Shown piece after piece: positions 61,922 to 64,000 of a stretch of 64,000 nucleotides of DNA. Source of the DNA: a virus. Lineage: Duplodnaviria; Caudoviricetes. Positions within the stretch are counted from its first letter, which is position 1; the number at the start of each line of letters is the position of its first letter. Location of the stretch: IMG/VR virus record IMGVR_UViG_3300033121_001301, positions 21,273 to 85,272 of that record. One strand, given 5' to 3'. Under the pieces are notes generated by a model. That model was not told where the DNA came from. It saw only the letters and a list, made by a program, of their open reading frames with translations, and did not search any database. A program made the position numbers and the translations under genes.

Positions 61922-64000
61922 TTAACTAAATGCTCCCCCGATAAGGCCGTATTGCTCATCTGACTCTGGATCTTCAAACACTCCAACATCCAGGTTATCC
62001 AGGAAGCTGGTAGCGCCGTGGGTTCCAGTTGCTTCGCCAGCTGTAGCGGCATTGGTGAAAGTATACAGTTCGAAGGCCAAGTAGCTGGTACTTGTTGATT
62101 GTACCTGAGCTTCACCGGTTGTGGCGATACTAGTTGTGAATTGAGCCTGTACCTCGCCAAACAGTGAGGCATCTGAAGCGTTGAACACTGACAAGGTGGC
62201 TTGCTTCAAAGCATCAGTAGTGCCTGTAGCATTGGCTTCACCAGCCAGGGAAGCCGCTACAGCACTGATCTTGTCTACTTGCAGGTACAGGAATGCGTTG
62301 GTCAGCAGCTGCTTTTCAAAGGCCAGTACTGCATTGGTTGTGTTGTTCAACGAAACTGTGCCGAACAAGCTGGCATTGGTGGTAATTGTCTTATCGACAA
62401 TACCAAAGAGCAGACTGTTGGTATCGTGAGAACCGCTTAGAGCAGCCATTCTCAAGCTATTGGTGGTATGCGACAGCGTGGGCTGCAGAGCAATGAAGGC
62501 ATCTAGAGAGTTTGCTACAGCTGGAACGATGTAGCAGAAACCGCTGGAGGTTTGGGTGATGTTCCGCACCATGTTCAAGGCACTGGAGACAGTCTGGCTT
62601 ATCTCGGGAGACTTGAAGATGAATGCAGTACTGGTGTGAGTAGCACTGAACGTACTTTTCAACACAGCTGTGCTTGTGTGAGTGAGATCGACTGCCCCAA
62701 TGATCTTCGCTGAAGTGGTGTGAACCAGGCTGATAACGTCAGGGAACACCAACCGAGAGTTGGTAGAGTGCAATTGAGAAGCTTCACCAATCAGCTTGGC
62801 ATCGGTACTGAAGTTAATCTCGCCAACATCTTTCAGGAAAGCCGAAGAAGAATGAGTTGTTTCAAAGGCTTTTGAGATCAACGTGTTGGTGGTGATAAAC
62901 CTGGCCAGTGTTGCTACGGGGAGCAGGTAAGCATTGGTGGAAATGGATAAGGATTTCTCACCCAGTTTCACTGCGTTGGTGAAGTGGTTTGACTCACGGA
63001 GCTGATAGATAACGCCATTGGTGAGATGCGTCAGAAGTACAGTAGCTTTCAGAATAGCTGTGGTGGTGTGAGTGGTCGAAAGCTCTTTGATCATCCGACC
63101 ATTGGCCAGATGGAAAGCCTCCAGCAGCTTTATTCTCAGACCGTCTGTGTTGTGTACCTGCTCAACCAGAACGTAGGGAGATAGGTCAGTGGTGTGCGGA
63201 AGATCTCTCAGCGCTCCGATAGACCCATCGGCCATGTGCCAACCGTCCCTGGTTGTAGCAAGGGAGGCATCAGCAGTGTGAGTAGAGCCCTGCTGTGATA
63301 CCACCAGGGTGTCAGTAGTCATGGTGAAGATGCGATCGACAAACGCATTGGTCCCCATGTCTCCACCGGTCTCACCCTGCAGAGTCGAATCCAGGAACTG
63401 CAGCGTGGACATACTGCTGTAGATGGCAGCATCAGCGTAGTAAATGAGTCCCTGACCAGTGATGTTAGAGTCGGTGTAATGGTTCTGACTGGTAGCTAGC
63501 AAGGCATCCGTTGAAAGTGTTAGATTGCCTTCTCCAAACAGCATACTATCCACGTATTGTGAATACGAAAATGGAGACACCAGCACACAGACTGACATGT
63601 TCAGTACTTTGTGCTCAGTGGCATTAACTACCTTGTTAACACCGTATTCCAGATCATACAGCTCGTCTGACCAGGCTCCACCATTGAAGATGGAGCTGCT
63701 GAGAGCAATGGCTCTCCAACCTACGTGCGGTCTCCAATCAAAAAGGTCGATCTCAGTAGCACCTTGTTTGAGAAATGTCTTCAAGCTGGGTAGATAATTC
63801 ACTGGGACTGCAGCAGTACCTCGCACCAGATTGAACGATACAGCATGAAGTACCGCAGGATAAGGGTCAGTGTCTGCGCCTTCGTAGACCTTGATGCTGG
63901 CTTTCTGACCAACGGTGCTGCTGATCTTGTACTTGGCAACATCGACTGGCAAAGCTGCAACGTCGCTGTAATCTCCAGCTGGTGTACTGGTCCAGGCGGT
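61922..64000 (-). CDS. structural protein with about 30 tandem 14-aa repeats (5' end outside window)
   Basis: The frame stays open to 64000 (TAWTSTPAGDYSDVAALPVDV...), so the track start at 63952 is not the real start. Repeat consensus H-T-T-[ND]-A-x-[LI]. Confidence 0.75.
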   Translation of the reverse strand, partial: TAWTSTPAGDYSDVAALPVDVAKYKISSTVGQKASIKVYEGADTDPYPAVLHAVSFNLVRGTAAVPVNYLPSLKTFLKQGATEIDLFDWRPHVGWRAIALSSSIFNGGAWSDELYDLEYGVNKVVNATEHKVLNMSVCVLVSPFSYSQYVDSMLFGEGNLTLSTDALLATSQNHYTDSNITGQGLIYYADAAIYSSMSTLQFLDSTLQGETGGDMGTNAFVDRIFTMTTDTLVVSQQGSTHTADASLATTRDGWHMADGSIGALRDLPHTTDLSPYVLVEQVHNTDGLRIKLLEAFHLANGRMIKELSTTHTTTAILKATVLLTHLTNGVIYQLRESNHFTNAVKLGEKSLSISTNAYLLPVATLARFITTNTLISKAFETTHSSSAFLKDVGEINFSTDAKLIGEASQLHSTNSRLVFPDVISLVHTTSAKIIGAVDLTHTSTAVLKSTFSATHTSTAFIFKSPEISQTVSSALNMVRNITQTSSGFCYIVPAVANSLDAFIALQPTLSHTTNSLRMAALSGSHDTNSLLFGIVDKTITTNASLFGTVSLNNTTNAVLAFEKQLLTNAFLYLQVDKISAVAASLAGEANATGTTDALKQATLSVFNASDASLFGEVQAQFTTSIATTGEAQVQSTSTSYLAFELYTFTNAATAGEATGTHGATSFLDNLDVGVFEDPESDEQYGLIGGAFS

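Noticed and set aside
1-64000. CRISPR array, tRNA or rRNA genes
   Set aside because: No regularly spaced repeats or cloverleaf-like sequences were found in the few intergenic gaps. A tRNAscan or Infernal run would be decisive.
1-64000. Stop codon reassignment
   Set aside because: Core genes are intact under the standard code, and TAA, TAG and TGA all end genes, often coupled to the next start.
1-64000. Nucleus-forming (phiKZ-like) jumbo phage
   Set aside because: No multisubunit RNA polymerase, chimallin or PhuZ was recognised here, and a sigma factor implies use of host RNA polymerase. Genes outside the window cannot be excluded.

Overview
The window is a 64 kb piece of a large dsDNA tailed phage genome of myovirus type. 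It has a contractile sheath, tube, baseplate, terminase and portal. By eye it is about 48-50% GC and almost fully coding, and I saw no host housekeeping genes, integrase, tRNA or CRISPR array. Layout: (i) 1-21.1 kb, minus strand, replication and recombination: RuvC-like resolvase, DEDDh exonuclease, RecA/UvsX, gp32-like SSB candidate, UDG-fused family A polymerase, primase, DnaB-like helicase, UvsW-like helicase and SbcCD. (ii) 21.1-21.5 kb, an AT-rich, hairpin-rich intergenic region beside a possible degenerate HUH/Rep-like gene. (iii) 21.5-32.2 kb, a packaging region with alternating strands (TerL, a second primase-like gene, portal). (iv) 32.7-39.3 kb, two glycosyltransferases co-oriented with a lower-GC cluster of Pro/Thr/Ser-rich fibre-like genes. 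(v) 39.3-58.7 kb, baseplate, a sigma factor, tape measure, spike, tube and sheath. (vi) 58.7-64 kb, neck proteins and a long 14-aa-repeat protein. The best candidate for a new system is at 32.7-38.2 kb. One glycosyltransferase carries motifs matching mucin-type polypeptide GalNAc-transferases (DSH plus F-GGE...GG...P...H-x-F) and sits next to mucin-like virion proteins, three of which share an N-terminal Cys/VPPIEK motif. All family calls come from motif recognition by eye; no database search was run.
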